In this document: positions 25,517 through 35,879 of the stretch, in pieces
How the letters are laid out: each line of letters begins with the position of its first letter
How positions within the stretch are numbered: the first letter of the stretch is position 1
Assembly: GCA_026994965.1 (NCBI GenBank)
Contig: JALWPO010000154.1
Span: 163-64,162, forward strand
Origin: Mariprofundaceae bacterium
Lineage (GTDB): Bacteria > Pseudomonadota > Zetaproteobacteria > Mariprofundales > Mariprofundaceae
Length of the DNA stretch: 64,000 nt
Reading direction: 5' to 3'
Notes under the pieces: model-generated
The model's database searches: none
Told to the model about the DNA's origin: nothing
Seen by the model: only the letters and a program-made list of their open reading frames with translations
Translations under genes and position numbers: made by a program

Positions 25517-27198
25517 GTTGAACCTACCCACTCACGCAATACCTTGCCTGCGCGTTCGGGATTATGAATCACCGCCTCGCGCGCTTTTGTCATTTTCGCC
25601 AAACGCTTACTCGCTTCTTCAGATAAAGCGGGGTAGCCACCTGCTTGTCCACCTTCATCGAAAGCTTCATCTTTTTCGCTGTTCATTCGTTGTGCCAATG
25701 GACGCAATAGAAACCATGCCAATAGAATCAATGCCAAGGCAACCAATCCATAGCGTGCCACTTCTAGATAAAAGCTTTTATCCCCTTCTGATGCCAAGCC
25801 ATCTGTATCAAGACCTGAACCTATATCAAGCAATGGCATGCTTTGTAGTTCTACACTATCACCTCTATCTTCATCAAAACCAATCGCACCTTTCACCAAA
25901 GTCTGAAGTCCTTTCAACTCTGCTTTGCTACGAGGAACAAATGTTTTATCCCCATTTTTCGAAACATCAAAATGTCCCCCGACGATGACCGCCACAGAAA
26001 GACGTTCCAAGCTCCCAAACGGAATAATTTTGTGTTCTGTCGTAGAGCTTATTTCATAATTATTGGTTTGTTCTCGCTTGCTGGCTTGCTCACCAGATTG
26101 ATTGCTTGCGCTAGCGCCTGCTGCAATAGAACCATCCGCCAATACTGCGGGATTACTACCTGGCGTATTGGATGCTACGCCAGGAACACCAGTAGGCATG
26201 GATTGTGAAGAAGTGCGTTTTTCTTCATTCACTTGCTGACTACGCATCACCTGTTCATCAGGATTGAAACGCTTACTATTCTGCTCAACATATTCACGAT
26301 TTACCTTGGCAGAAACACGTACCACCGCCTGACCTGCACCCACAACTTGCTCAAGCATGGTGGTTAATTTTCTTTCCATACTTTTCTCAAGATTGCTCTG
26401 ATACAACTGCATGGTTTCACCTTCACCTGCAGGTTGTTCATCATTTTTTGCAGATAATAATGTTCCCGATGAATCCACCACTGTCACCGCTGATTTATCA
26501 AGTTCAGGCACACTGCCCGACACTAAATTTTGAATCGCCTCAACAGCGGACTTTGGCATATGCTTATGCCCCACCATCTGTAGCATCACAGAGGCTGTGG
26601 CATGTCTATCCCTATCGGTAAATGCTGATTCTTTTGGCATCACAAGATGCACACGTGCAGATGAAACCTGAGGAAATACCTCAATCGTACGTGCCAATTC
26701 ACCTTGTAACGCACGTTGTAAATTAATTTTCTGCGTAAAATCACTGATGCCAAACTCATTGCTACGATCAAATATCTCAAAGCCTGTACCCGTACCTGGC
26801 ATCATATCTTGACTCGCTAACTTCAAGCGTGTGCTGTATACCTTATCCGCAGGCACCAATACTGTACCTGTACCTTCCAATTTATACGGAATATGTTCTT
26901 TTTGTAACACTTCAATCACAGCTGCTGCATCTTTCTCACTCATGCCAGAATGCAGCGCACGGTAAGGCACTTCTGATGACCATAATATAAGCCCTAAAAA
27001 GCCCACCAACATCAAAGAGCCTGCTATAAATAATAACCCACGCCGATTGTTCACCAATGCATGCTGCAATTGGATAAAGCCACCTGATGGCGCACCAGAT
27101 GCGGTCACCTGCCCCTGCAACGCCGTGCCAGCACCACCTGTTGTTATGCCTGAGCCCTGCTGGGTTGCAAGCTGTTGCCCTTGTATTGAATCAGCCAT
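25513..27198 (-). CDS. fliF: flagellar MS-ring protein FliF
   Basis: 561 aa with two TMs flanking a large periplasmic region. Contains YRALHSGMSEKDAAAVIEVLQKEHIPYKL and QRALQGELARTI motifs. Confidence 0.95.
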   Translation of the reverse strand: MADSIQGQQLATQQGSGITTGGAGTALQGQVTASGAPSGGFIQLQHALVNNRRGLLFIAGSLMLVGFLGLILWSSEVPYRALHSGMSEKDAAAVIEVLQKEHIPYKLEGTGTVLVPADKVYSTRLKLASQDMMPGTGTGFEIFDRSNEFGISDFTQKINLQRALQGELARTIEVFPQVSSARVHLVMPKESAFTDRDRHATASVMLQMVGHKHMPKSAVEAIQNLVSGSVPELDKSAVTVVDSSGTLLSAKNDEQPAGEGETMQLYQSNLEKSMERKLTTMLEQVVGAGQAVVRVSAKVNREYVEQNSKRFNPDEQVMRSQQVNEEKRTSSQSMPTGVPGVASNTPGSNPAVLADGSIAAGASASNQSGEQASKREQTNNYEISSTTEHKIIPFGSLERLSVAVIVGGHFDVSKNGDKTFVPRSKAELKGLQTLVKGAIGFDEDRGDSVELQSMPLLDIGSGLDTDGLASEGDKSFYLEVARYGLVALALILLAWFLLRPLAQRMNSEKDEAFDEGGQAGGYPALSEEASKRLAKMTKAREAVIHNPERAGKVLREWVGST

Positions 27199-27250
27199 AC
27201 ATTACTCCTTTAATATTACCGCAAACCATGCCAAATAAATCATCCGCTAT

Positions 27251-27532
27251 TTATACCTGCATACGCATCACTTCACGGTAAGCATCAAGCACTTTAGTTC
27301 TCGCTGTCATCATCAATTGAAAAGATAAATTGGCTTTCTGAACTGCCAACATGGTTTCAGATACTGAACCTTGACCATCAATAGCTAATGCTTCAGCCGC
27401 TTTTGCAGCATCTTTCACTTGATGATTTACATCTTGAGTATATTGCTTAATCAATGATGAAAAATTACCTTTTGGGCTAGCTTTTTGAGTTTGAAACTGG
27501 GGTGAAACTGTAGGTAGACCCTGAACTTTCAT
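27251..27532 (-). CDS. fliE: flagellar hook-basal body protein FliE
   Basis: 93 aa with the C-terminus ETMLAVQKANLSFQLMMTARTKVLDAYREVMRMQV. Confidence 0.85.
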   Translation of the reverse strand: MKVQGLPTVSPQFQTQKASPKGNFSSLIKQYTQDVNHQVKDAAKAAEALAIDGQGSVSETMLAVQKANLSFQLMMTARTKVLDAYREVMRMQV

Positions 27533-27559
27533 GCTTTATTCCTCACTTATTCGATGTTA

Positions 27560-28009
27560 TTAACGCAATAGTTCTAATGATTTTAAGAACATGCGCTTAG
27601 AAGCCTCCATCACCGTAACATTGGCTTCAAAACTTCGAGCTGCCGAATTCATATCGACCATCTCTTCAACTGTGTTGACATTAGGCATCTTCACTATGCC
27701 ATTGGCATCCGCATCAGGATGGGATGGATCATACATCTCCCGAAATGGACGCTTATCTTCAATCGTGTTTGCAACGTGAACACTCTGAAGCCCTTCGCGC
27801 TGTAAAGAGCTTTGAAAAACGGATGCAAAAGAAGGGTGACTCACAGATGCGGCCTGAAATACCACTTGCCTGCGTCGATAAGGTCCGCCTTTTGCTGTTC
27901 GTGTTGATTCTGCATTGGCAATATTTTCCGCTACAACATCCAAACGAGAGCGCTGTGCAGACATGCCCGATGAACTGATTTGCATGGATGTGAAAAGTGT
28001 ACCAGCCAT
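27560..28009 (-). CDS. flgC: flagellar proximal rod protein FlgC
   Basis: SGMSAQRSRLDVVAENIANAESTRT and a C-terminus VEEMVDMNSAARSFEANVTVMEASKRM. Confidence 0.95.
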   Translation of the reverse strand: MAGTLFTSMQISSSGMSAQRSRLDVVAENIANAESTRTAKGGPYRRRQVVFQAASVSHPSFASVFQSSLQREGLQSVHVANTIEDKRPFREMYDPSHPDADANGIVKMPNVNTVEEMVDMNSAARSFEANVTVMEASKRMFLKSLELLR

Positions 28010-28410
28010 TAGCGACCTCCTTCTTTAATCGCACTTGCCAAACCACTTAAACGACCTTTTAGAATCTGCATATTAAGCTCATGCATCATTTGATTCTCTG
28101 CCATGGCTGTCATCTCATGTTGTGTATCTACTGTGTTTCCATCCATACGGCTTGCCACATCATTGCGCTGAAACACACTTCCCACCAAAGATGGGGATGT
28201 ATGTGCTGAAAGGTGGTTTGGATGTGTTTTAGCCATCGTTGCTGAGTGTTTCTTTTCTGCTAAAAAATCTGCGAATGTGCGCATATCAGCGCGATAATTG
28301 GGCGTATCTGCATTGGCAATATTCGATGCATAGACACCTTGAAGTTTTTCTCGGGCAGTCATCGCAGCAGCCAAACGCTGCAAACCTGCTCCAAACAAGG
28401 ACTGGGGCAT
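28009..28410 (-). CDS. flgB: flagellar proximal rod protein FlgB
   Basis: ASNIANADTPNYRA motif, 133 aa, first gene of flgBC-fliE. Confidence 0.9.
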   Translation of the reverse strand: MPQSLFGAGLQRLAAAMTAREKLQGVYASNIANADTPNYRADMRTFADFLAEKKHSATMAKTHPNHLSAHTSPSLVGSVFQRNDVASRMDGNTVDTQHEMTAMAENQMMHELNMQILKGRLSGLASAIKEGGR

Positions 28411-28495
28411 GATTCCTCCTCATACATTTACGTAAATGGTCAATATTTTGACACATCGTTCGACTTCATGCCCTTTTTGATGCGAAATATTGTAC

Positions 28496-29869
28496 CTAGG
28501 CTATTTCAGCAAACTCCATGCCAGTCTGATAATCTTTGAGTTTATTCCTTAATGTTCGAATACTGATGCCAAGAAGCTTGGCTGCCTCAGTACGATTGCC
28601 TTGCACATGTTTTAAGGTTTTTTCAATCAAAACCCGTTCCATATCACGAATGCTCATCCCTGCCTGCATATCATTGGACAGAACAGCAGACTTTGTTTGT
28701 GCTGTTGGCGCAAAGCCTAAATGTTGCACCTGAATATCTGTTCCTACACTCATTAAGAATGCCCTATGCATACAGTTTTCTAACTCTCGAACATTGCCTT
28801 CCCATGGGTGTTTTTGAAGCATAGCTACAGCATCAGCATGCAAATTTGGCACAGGTTTATGATACATTTCAGAGAATTTTTCTAAAAAATGTTTGGCTAG
28901 AACCAACACATCCTTGGGTCGCTGTCGCAATGGCGGCAATTGAATCATCACCACATTCAAACGGTAGTATAAATCTTGGCGAAAATTCCCTTCTGCTACA
29001 GTTTGGGCAATATCACGGTTGCTGGTAGCAATAATCCGCACATCCACTTGAATAGGCTTTTTGCCCCCCAACCTATCCACTTCGCCTTCTTGCAATACAC
29101 GCAACAACTTTGCTTGTAGATGCAGTGGCATCTCAGTAATCTCATCAAGTAGTAATGTGCCTTCATGCGCCATCTCAAACTTGCCAGGTCTGGCATGTGT
29201 TGCGCCTGTGAATGCGCCTTTTTCATGCCCAAACAATTCAGATTCCAGTATGCCCTCAGGAATAGCTGCACAATTGATAGCCACAAATGCACCATCACGT
29301 CGATTTGAACACTGGTGGATATAACGTGACAAACGCTCTTTACCTGTCCCCGACTCTCCGCCAATCAATACTGATGCTTGGCTGGGCGCAACCAATGCTA
29401 CTTGGTCAAGCAAACGCCGCGTCTCAATATCTTGTGTGATAAAAATATCACTGCCTTGTCGTTGTGTTTCCGCCTGCCTTGTGAGTTCAGCTTGATGCTC
29501 TGCTTTACGCACATAAATACCCATCGCTTCATCAGGACAAGGAAGTATGCGATAATCAGTTACACCTAAATCCATCAAGGCCTCTGCACGCACACAATCA
29601 CCATGCTCCGCCAGCACTATCACATTAGCTTGGGGTTGTTTCTCAAAGACCCCTCTAACTTCTGATAAGACTGTCATTGAATCCCATAGCAACACAATCG
29701 CATCATCTTCTGGTAGCCAATCGGAATGACTGGATATGCGCTCATGCACACAATTAGCCTCATAAGATACAATTGGAGTGTCTGGTAATATTCGCCCCAA
29801 TTGCACACGAATATCAGCTTCTGCTTGGCTTGGAAAACCCAGTACATAAATGGGTGATTTCACACTCAT
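28496..29869 (-). CDS. sigma-54-dependent transcriptional activator with a degenerate (FleQ/FlrA-like) receiver domain
   Basis: AAA+ core with GESGTGKE, canonical GAFTGA and ELENCM. C-terminal Fis-type HTH NRTEAAKLLGISIRTLRNKL. The N-terminal REC-like fold starts IYVLGFPSQ and so lacks the acidic DD pair. Confidence 0.9.
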   Translation of the reverse strand: MSVKSPIYVLGFPSQAEADIRVQLGRILPDTPIVSYEANCVHERISSHSDWLPEDDAIVLLWDSMTVLSEVRGVFEKQPQANVIVLAEHGDCVRAEALMDLGVTDYRILPCPDEAMGIYVRKAEHQAELTRQAETQRQGSDIFITQDIETRRLLDQVALVAPSQASVLIGGESGTGKERLSRYIHQCSNRRDGAFVAINCAAIPEGILESELFGHEKGAFTGATHARPGKFEMAHEGTLLLDEITEMPLHLQAKLLRVLQEGEVDRLGGKKPIQVDVRIIATSNRDIAQTVAEGNFRQDLYYRLNVVMIQLPPLRQRPKDVLVLAKHFLEKFSEMYHKPVPNLHADAVAMLQKHPWEGNVRELENCMHRAFLMSVGTDIQVQHLGFAPTAQTKSAVLSNDMQAGMSIRDMERVLIEKTLKHVQGNRTEAAKLLGISIRTLRNKLKDYQTGMEFAEIA

Positions 29870-31839
29870 GGGTTCTCCTTCATCAATACATCTGCCTGAC
29901 GCTCTGCAATCGCTAGTCCTGCCAAGGATGCATAAATACCAATATCTGTTTTCTGGCTTTGTGCCTCTAAGCTCTCCATGGCTTGCGTATATTTACCAGT
30001 TTTAAGCTGGCAAATACTGTAATGATATTGCCATGCAGCATCTCGTAGTGATGCATCAACTTGTTGATACAAAGCTTCTGCCTGCTGATAATTTTTGGCT
30101 TTAAAAAGATTGTTTGCCTGTTCAAGACGTGACTGATTGATATCTGCATGGGGCTGCAAACCATATTCACGCCATGCGCGTGCTGCGATATGCCAATGCT
30201 CAAGCTTTTCTGCAATAGCCGCCCGTGTTTTCCAATACATTGCCCGCTCATCAATTTCAATATCGTTAACTGAAATGTTTACCATAGATTGCGAGGCTGC
30301 TGCTGCATCACCCGCTTGCAATTGCATACGGGCAACCAAAAGCAACATCTCAGGTCGATACAATGTAAATTCATGCTCATCCAGCCATGCAAGCACACGA
30401 GCGATTGCTTTGTTATCACCTCTATCAAGCCATAGGTGGGCACGCTCAAGCATCACTTTTTGCCCCCAAACACTATCCTTAAATTGCGCATATAATTTAT
30501 CCAATAATGCCTCTGATTGGTCATAAGACATCAACATGCGCAGTGCATGGGCAACACCAAATTGAAGTTCACTTGTTTTCAAATCATCTCGACGGAATAA
30601 GGGAAATCGTTCCCAAATAGCCACAGTTTCTGTCCACTTCTTCGCCTTGATTAAACCCTTCAAATAGGATTCAAAAAATGCTCTCCCTTCTTGTAAAGCA
30701 ATTGTATTATAAACGTGAATTTCCGAGCGTGCGACACGCGAGAATTGATCTAAAGCCACCACAACTGATTGTTTTGGTGCATGCTTCACATCACTTTGGC
30801 TCAGACGCTTCCATAAACGTGCCAAATCAAGCATCGCTTCATTCTCTACAGGTGATAGCTGATTTTCATTAGCAATGCGTTTTAATGCAATAATGACGGG
30901 TTTTAAATTGCGATAATCTTGGCTATTTTTATGAGACAACATCAATTTACGCATAAAAGCCTGTTTTCCAATGCTTTGCTCTGCTTGTTCACTGGCTAGC
31001 GCATCATATTCTCGCTCAATACGTATATCGGATATGTTGCCTTGCGCTTGCCATAAATCAGCTCGAAGCAAGCGGATAGATGCAACCTCATCACCTGATA
31101 TATATTTATCCAAAAACAAATCACACTGTTTTAAAGCCCTATCATCTTGATGATTCATATGAAGAACTTGTATATAAACCGACCATAACTGTCGGTTATT
31201 CTCAATGATTTGAGGATAGTTTTTTTGAACCTTTTGTAACTGCGCTAGTGCTGCCTGCTCACGATGCTCTGCGGCATTGATTACCGCCATCCATGCTCGT
31301 GTTAAAGCCTCTTCCCTACTTCCTTGCTTAGCTTGCAAACCATATTTCATCAAATTGGACCGTGCATCACTCCACTGCCGTTTTTCAATATATATCCGTG
31401 CCATAAGCATGGCTGCTTGCGTTGCCTCCACTCTCTGGTTGTAATCTTGATATAGTCTACGCGCCTCTTGAAGTGCAATTTTAGCATCGCCATGTTTCCA
31501 ATGTAGCCATGCCATGCGCCACAATAAGTTGGCTGGGTCGATTCGCTTTGGAAACTCCTTTTCTAAGGTTTCAATCGCGTTAATGACATGTGAAATATCT
31601 TCATAATGCTGACCTTGCGCTCGCATTTCCTCTGCATCAACAATCAACGATAATAATTCAAAGCGCTCTGCCTCATCCATGGCACCATCTGCCAATAATG
31701 TCCTAGATGTGCGAATGGCTTGCTCAGGATTACCATTGTTTAGAAATACTCGAACACCTTGCACTCTCTCACTGGCAAATGCCATGGAAAGCTGAAACCC
31801 AAAACAAAGGAATAAGGCGAACAAACATTTATGAAACAT
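29866..31839 (-). CDS. secreted/periplasmic TPR-repeat protein
   Basis: Signal peptide MFHKCLFALFLCFGFQLSMAFA, taking the ATG at 31839. About 650 aa of TPR-like helical repeats. The stop overlaps the activator's start as ATGA. Confidence 0.75.
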   Translation of the reverse strand: MFHKCLFALFLCFGFQLSMAFASERVQGVRVFLNNGNPEQAIRTSRTLLADGAMDEAERFELLSLIVDAEEMRAQGQHYEDISHVINAIETLEKEFPKRIDPANLLWRMAWLHWKHGDAKIALQEARRLYQDYNQRVEATQAAMLMARIYIEKRQWSDARSNLMKYGLQAKQGSREEALTRAWMAVINAAEHREQAALAQLQKVQKNYPQIIENNRQLWSVYIQVLHMNHQDDRALKQCDLFLDKYISGDEVASIRLLRADLWQAQGNISDIRIEREYDALASEQAEQSIGKQAFMRKLMLSHKNSQDYRNLKPVIIALKRIANENQLSPVENEAMLDLARLWKRLSQSDVKHAPKQSVVVALDQFSRVARSEIHVYNTIALQEGRAFFESYLKGLIKAKKWTETVAIWERFPLFRRDDLKTSELQFGVAHALRMLMSYDQSEALLDKLYAQFKDSVWGQKVMLERAHLWLDRGDNKAIARVLAWLDEHEFTLYRPEMLLLVARMQLQAGDAAAASQSMVNISVNDIEIDERAMYWKTRAAIAEKLEHWHIAARAWREYGLQPHADINQSRLEQANNLFKAKNYQQAEALYQQVDASLRDAAWQYHYSICQLKTGKYTQAMESLEAQSQKTDIGIYASLAGLAIAERQADVLMKENP

Positions 31840-32094
31840 GCATGCACTCACGCAAAACTTATGCCGAAATACTTTTGCCCATACCCTTCCAAAACAGAAT
31901 AGCATTGAAATACTTTAAGAAGTCCATGATTGGCAACATTTCAAAGCCTATTTGAACCTAATTATTTTATAGATAAAGTATCCCAATATGACAAAAAAAT
32001 GGCGCAATCCGCCTCATATGTTACGTTACTTTATGATCACGATGATGAACATGGCAAAAGACTAAATGCTAAAGTTGAGTAGGAATTAAAACCC

Positions 32095-32898
32095 ATGCAA
32101 AAAAATGTAAAACCATTGGATACGACACAAATAAAAGAGCTTGTCCTTGATGCGTATCAATCTTGCCAAGCACAAAACATGCAAATATTAAGAGCACTGG
32201 TCGCTGGCATGACTCATGATTTTAACAATGTATTAACGGGCATACTTGGCACTATCGAATTAGCCCAAATGAAGTCTAATCCCAAAGAAAAAAAAGAAAT
32301 GCTCGAGTCAGCATACAAGCAAGGCTTTCATGCTGCAGAGATGATGAAACAAACGATACTCTTTTCACGTCAAATATCGCCCAACAAAGAGCTTATTGAG
32401 CTTAATCAATTATTGAATACCCTCAAGAAAATTACTCGTTTTATATTAAGTAAGGATATTAACTTAGATTTTATCATATCCAAAGCCCCGCTACATATAT
32501 GGGCAAACATAAGCCAAGTTCAGCAAATTTTATTCAATCTCATCCATCATGCGGCAGATACATTGGAAGATATGGACAATGCAGCCCTTACAGTGCAACT
32601 CCATCGCTTTGAGGCTAATCAAGCATTTATGCAACGCAACCCAACATTATCCGAAACCACATTTGCTCGCATTGATATTCAAAACAATAGTAAAGGGATT
32701 GCAAAAGAATCGATAGAAAACATATTTGAACTGTGCTTAACCAGCAACCAAACTGGTAAAGATACAGGCTTAGGCTTAGTTGTGGCTTATGCTATTGTAC
32801 AAGAGCATGGCGGTATCATTGAAGTAGAAAGCCAAGCAGAAAAAGGCTCTTGTTTTTCAGTTTATTTGCCATTGATAAAAAAAGATAGCATTACGTAA
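32095..32898 (+). CDS. soluble histidine kinase (HisKA + HATPase_c only, no sensor domain)
   Basis: H-box MTHDFNNVLTGILGTIE. G-boxes KDTGLGLVVAYAIVQEHGGIIEVES. Only about 40 aa precede the H-box. Confidence 0.85.
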   Translation: MQKNVKPLDTTQIKELVLDAYQSCQAQNMQILRALVAGMTHDFNNVLTGILGTIELAQMKSNPKEKKEMLESAYKQGFHAAEMMKQTILFSRQISPNKELIELNQLLNTLKKITRFILSKDINLDFIISKAPLHIWANISQVQQILFNLIHHAADTLEDMDNAALTVQLHRFEANQAFMQRNPTLSETTFARIDIQNNSKGIAKESIENIFELCLTSNQTGKDTGLGLVVAYAIVQEHGGIIEVESQAEKGSCFSVYLPLIKKDSIT

Positions 32899-32911
32899 CC
32901 AACCATCTCCT

Positions 32912-34300
32912 CTATTGCGCTTGTAGCCCTTTCTTTTTAATTTTTTCCACCAATGTCGTGCGATTCATGGATAAAAACTTAGCCGCTTGATTCTTATTCC
33001 AATCAAAGCGCTCCAATGCCGAAAGAATTAAATGGCTTTCAAATTCATCAACAATACCTTTGAAATCCAAACTTTCATGCTCTTCCACATTGATTTGAAA
33101 ACCATGCATAGCCCGTTGCGCCTCATCCAGCATACGCGATGGTAAATCTGATAAAGTGATTTCACCTTCGCGTTTAAGTGTGGCAACACGCTCCATTAAA
33201 TTTTGTAATTCTCGCACATTGCCTGGCCATGTATAGCGTAAAAAAGCTTCTTTAGCTTGCGCTTCAAAACCATCAATCGATGTGCCTTTTTTCTGATTAA
33301 ACAACCTCATAAAATGTTCGGCTAACAGCAACGAATCTTCACCGCGCTCTCTTAATGCTGGCAAATGTAAGGGAATCACATTCAACCGATAAAATAAATC
33401 CTGCCTAAAACGACCTGTGGTGATTTCATGTTCTAAATCTCGGTGTGTTGCTGCCACAATACGTACATCCACATGAATACTTTGTTGACTACCCACAGGC
33501 TCAAAACAACGCTCTTGTAACACCCGCAATAACTTCACTTGTAATTTTGAGCTCATATCGCCGATTTCATCTAAAAATATAGTGCCACCATTGGCAACTT
33601 CAAAACGCCCTGGTCTGGCACGAATCGCACCTGTAAACGCACCTTTCACGTGACCAAATAATTCAGATTCAAGCAACTCTTCAGGGATAGCGCCACAATT
33701 GATAGATACAAAAGGCTTGCTTGCACGTGTTCCTGATTTATGCAACAAATTGGCTAGAACTTCTTTCCCAGTACCCGATTCACCTGTAATCAGCACCGTA
33801 CTATCCGAATCTCCAAGCAGTTTAACCGTTTCCCTAATTTTACAAATTGAAGGACTCTGACCCAACAACATTTCTGCACTACTATCCGCTGCTACTTTTT
33901 GTTTCAATAATTGGTGTTCTTGCTTGAGTTTCCGCTTTTTAAGAAGCTCTTCAACACGGAGTGCAAGCTCATCCAAAGCAAACGGTTTTTTTAAAAAATC
34001 ATCGGCTCCCAAACGCACTGCTTCCACTGCTGTTTCTACTTCCGCATGCCCAGTCATGAGTATCATCCCCATATTGGGATCAATCGATTGAAATTCTTTA
34101 AGCAAATCAAGACCATTACCATCAGGCAATTGAATATCCAATACAGCTACATCAAACTTTCCCTGCTCCATAGCTTCTCTGGCACGCATCGCTGTCGCCG
34201 CTGTAGTGACATGATAACCCACATCCTCTAATGTTTCTTGCAGTGTTTCTCTAAGGTTATCCTCATCATCCACCAGCAACATATAAGCAGCTTGTTTCAT
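32912..34300 (-). CDS. NtrC-family sigma-54-dependent response regulator (FleR/FlrC-like)
   Basis: Canonical receiver (LLVDDEDNLRE, VLDIQLPDGNG, KKPF). AAA+ with GESGTGKE and GAFTGA. C-terminal HTH NQAAKFLSMNRTTLVEKIKK. Confidence 0.9.
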   Translation of the reverse strand: MKQAAYMLLVDDEDNLRETLQETLEDVGYHVTTAATAMRAREAMEQGKFDVAVLDIQLPDGNGLDLLKEFQSIDPNMGMILMTGHAEVETAVEAVRLGADDFLKKPFALDELALRVEELLKKRKLKQEHQLLKQKVAADSSAEMLLGQSPSICKIRETVKLLGDSDSTVLITGESGTGKEVLANLLHKSGTRASKPFVSINCGAIPEELLESELFGHVKGAFTGAIRARPGRFEVANGGTIFLDEIGDMSSKLQVKLLRVLQERCFEPVGSQQSIHVDVRIVAATHRDLEHEITTGRFRQDLFYRLNVIPLHLPALRERGEDSLLLAEHFMRLFNQKKGTSIDGFEAQAKEAFLRYTWPGNVRELQNLMERVATLKREGEITLSDLPSRMLDEAQRAMHGFQINVEEHESLDFKGIVDEFESHLILSALERFDWNKNQAAKFLSMNRTTLVEKIKKKGLQAQ

Positions 34301-34564
34301 GTATAAACTTCCCCCTGACACCCAAAACAAATTCCAGAATCAAACCCAACTATAAGCCGACTTTTTAATAAGTCAAAATTATGACGCTTTCATACACTTT
34401 GAATTAAGTTTTTATTGCCCAAAGTTGTTGCAATCGTCAAAAAACAAACAGCTCAATACAAGTACACTAGCTTCCATGGCTTACCCAGACTAAACTACGA
34501 CATATAAGCGGCAGTTCAATGATGGAGGCTTTTTATTTCAGTTTTAAAAAAACAACTTCAACGT

Positions 34565-35860
34565 ATGGTGGATATGGATGTTGCAGATTTAGCTAGCCTG
34601 CCTGCATTAAAACGTCTCTTGATTGCATTGTTTCGTTTTTTATCACGCGTAAGTCATCGTTTTATCAAAGATAAATGTATACAACGCGCCTCAGCTTTGG
34701 GCTATGCTTCACTCCTTGCTATTGTCCCACTCGTGGTGCTTGGTTTCTCAGTATTCACCAGCTTTCAAGCCTTTGATTCGGTTTCAAGCCATGTGCGCAA
34801 TGCACTATTGGAATACCTATTACCCACCAGTCAACAAGTGGTTCAAAGTTATTTTGGTAGCATCACCAGCAAAGCTGGTGCTTTATCTGTATTTGGTATT
34901 TTAGGATTATTGGTTACAGCCACCGCCTTATTAAACACTATGGAAGAAGCCTTTAATGATATTTGGCGTATCAGTCGCAAGCGCCCCTTGTTTTCAAAGT
35001 TTATCACATTTTGGTCGCTGCTCACACTCTCCCCCATTTTAATTGGAGCATCGATTTCCATCACCTCTTATTTTGCAGCATTACCTGTGATTCGTGATGT
35101 GGCTGAAAGCGCATCAAACATACAGCACATTCCTTTTTTGCTGCCTTGGGTTATTTCATCATGTGCCATGACTTCCCTTTATTTAATTTTACCCAATACC
35201 CATGTACCTGTTCGTCATGCTATCATTGGTGGTATGGTCTCTGGTGCCTTATTTGAACTCACCAAACTAGGTTTCACTTTTTATGTGACTGAAATGGCGC
35301 ATTACGAAAAAATCTACGGCGCACTGGGCACATTACCTGTGTTTCTGATTTGGATGTATTTAATTTGGGTGGTGGTTTTAGCTGGTGCTGAAGTAACCTT
35401 TTGTTTGCAACATCCCGAACAATCCCAACGTTATGGGCAACAGTTCAATCGTTCTGGCATTCGAAATTTCTTCTCTCACCTTGCATTACTACGTGCCAGT
35501 CAGGCTATTCAACAAGGCAAAAACCTTCATTTAAGCGATTTGATTGAAGAAACCAATATTCCAGATAACATCTTACAAGAATGGCTAGATACCTTGTATG
35601 AAAAAGGGCTACTCAAACAAGTTGTCAGTGATGATCCTCGCGGTGCGTGGGTGCTTGGTCAGGATGCCAATGCCATGAGCCTTCAATTTATTCATCAAGC
35701 ATTGCAAGAAGAGCCTATGGAAATCCCTGAAGCATGGAAGGATACAGCCTTGGGTATCACCCTAAGCGGCATGTATTTCCGCATGCAACGCGAGCAAGAA
35801 ACCTATCTATCTTCCATCACCATGGCAGATTTGCTTGAAAAAGAACAATCCAACCCATAA
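34565..35860 (+). CDS. YihY/BrkB family inner membrane protein with a C-terminal soluble extension
   Basis: RASALGYASLLAIVPLVVL, YGALGTLPVFLIWMYLIWVVVLAGAEVTF. A roughly 130-aa C-terminal extension follows. Confidence 0.8.
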   Translation: MVDMDVADLASLPALKRLLIALFRFLSRVSHRFIKDKCIQRASALGYASLLAIVPLVVLGFSVFTSFQAFDSVSSHVRNALLEYLLPTSQQVVQSYFGSITSKAGALSVFGILGLLVTATALLNTMEEAFNDIWRISRKRPLFSKFITFWSLLTLSPILIGASISITSYFAALPVIRDVAESASNIQHIPFLLPWVISSCAMTSLYLILPNTHVPVRHAIIGGMVSGALFELTKLGFTFYVTEMAHYEKIYGALGTLPVFLIWMYLIWVVVLAGAEVTFCLQHPEQSQRYGQQFNRSGIRNFFSHLALLRASQAIQQGKNLHLSDLIEETNIPDNILQEWLDTLYEKGLLKQVVSDDPRGAWVLGQDANAMSLQFIHQALQEEPMEIPEAWKDTALGITLSGMYFRMQREQETYLSSITMADLLEKEQSNP

Positions 35861-35879
35861 CACAATAAAAGGTATACCT

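Noticed and set aside
24333-25988. Long plus-strand ORFs (219 aa at 24333-24992, 172 aa at 25470-25988) antisense to fliH/fliG/fliF
   Set aside because: These are Ser/Leu-rich shadow ORFs lying entirely inside strongly supported minus-strand genes. The same applies to the other antisense ORFs in the track, for example 5888-6304, 13947-14369, 22939-23367, 30137-30526 and 55667-56140.
28470-28500. Sigma-54 promoter upstream of flgB (AGGTACAATATTTCGCATC on the minus strand)
   Set aside because: The GG to GC spacing is one nucleotide too long relative to TGGCAC-N5-TTGC, and the -24 box is poor.
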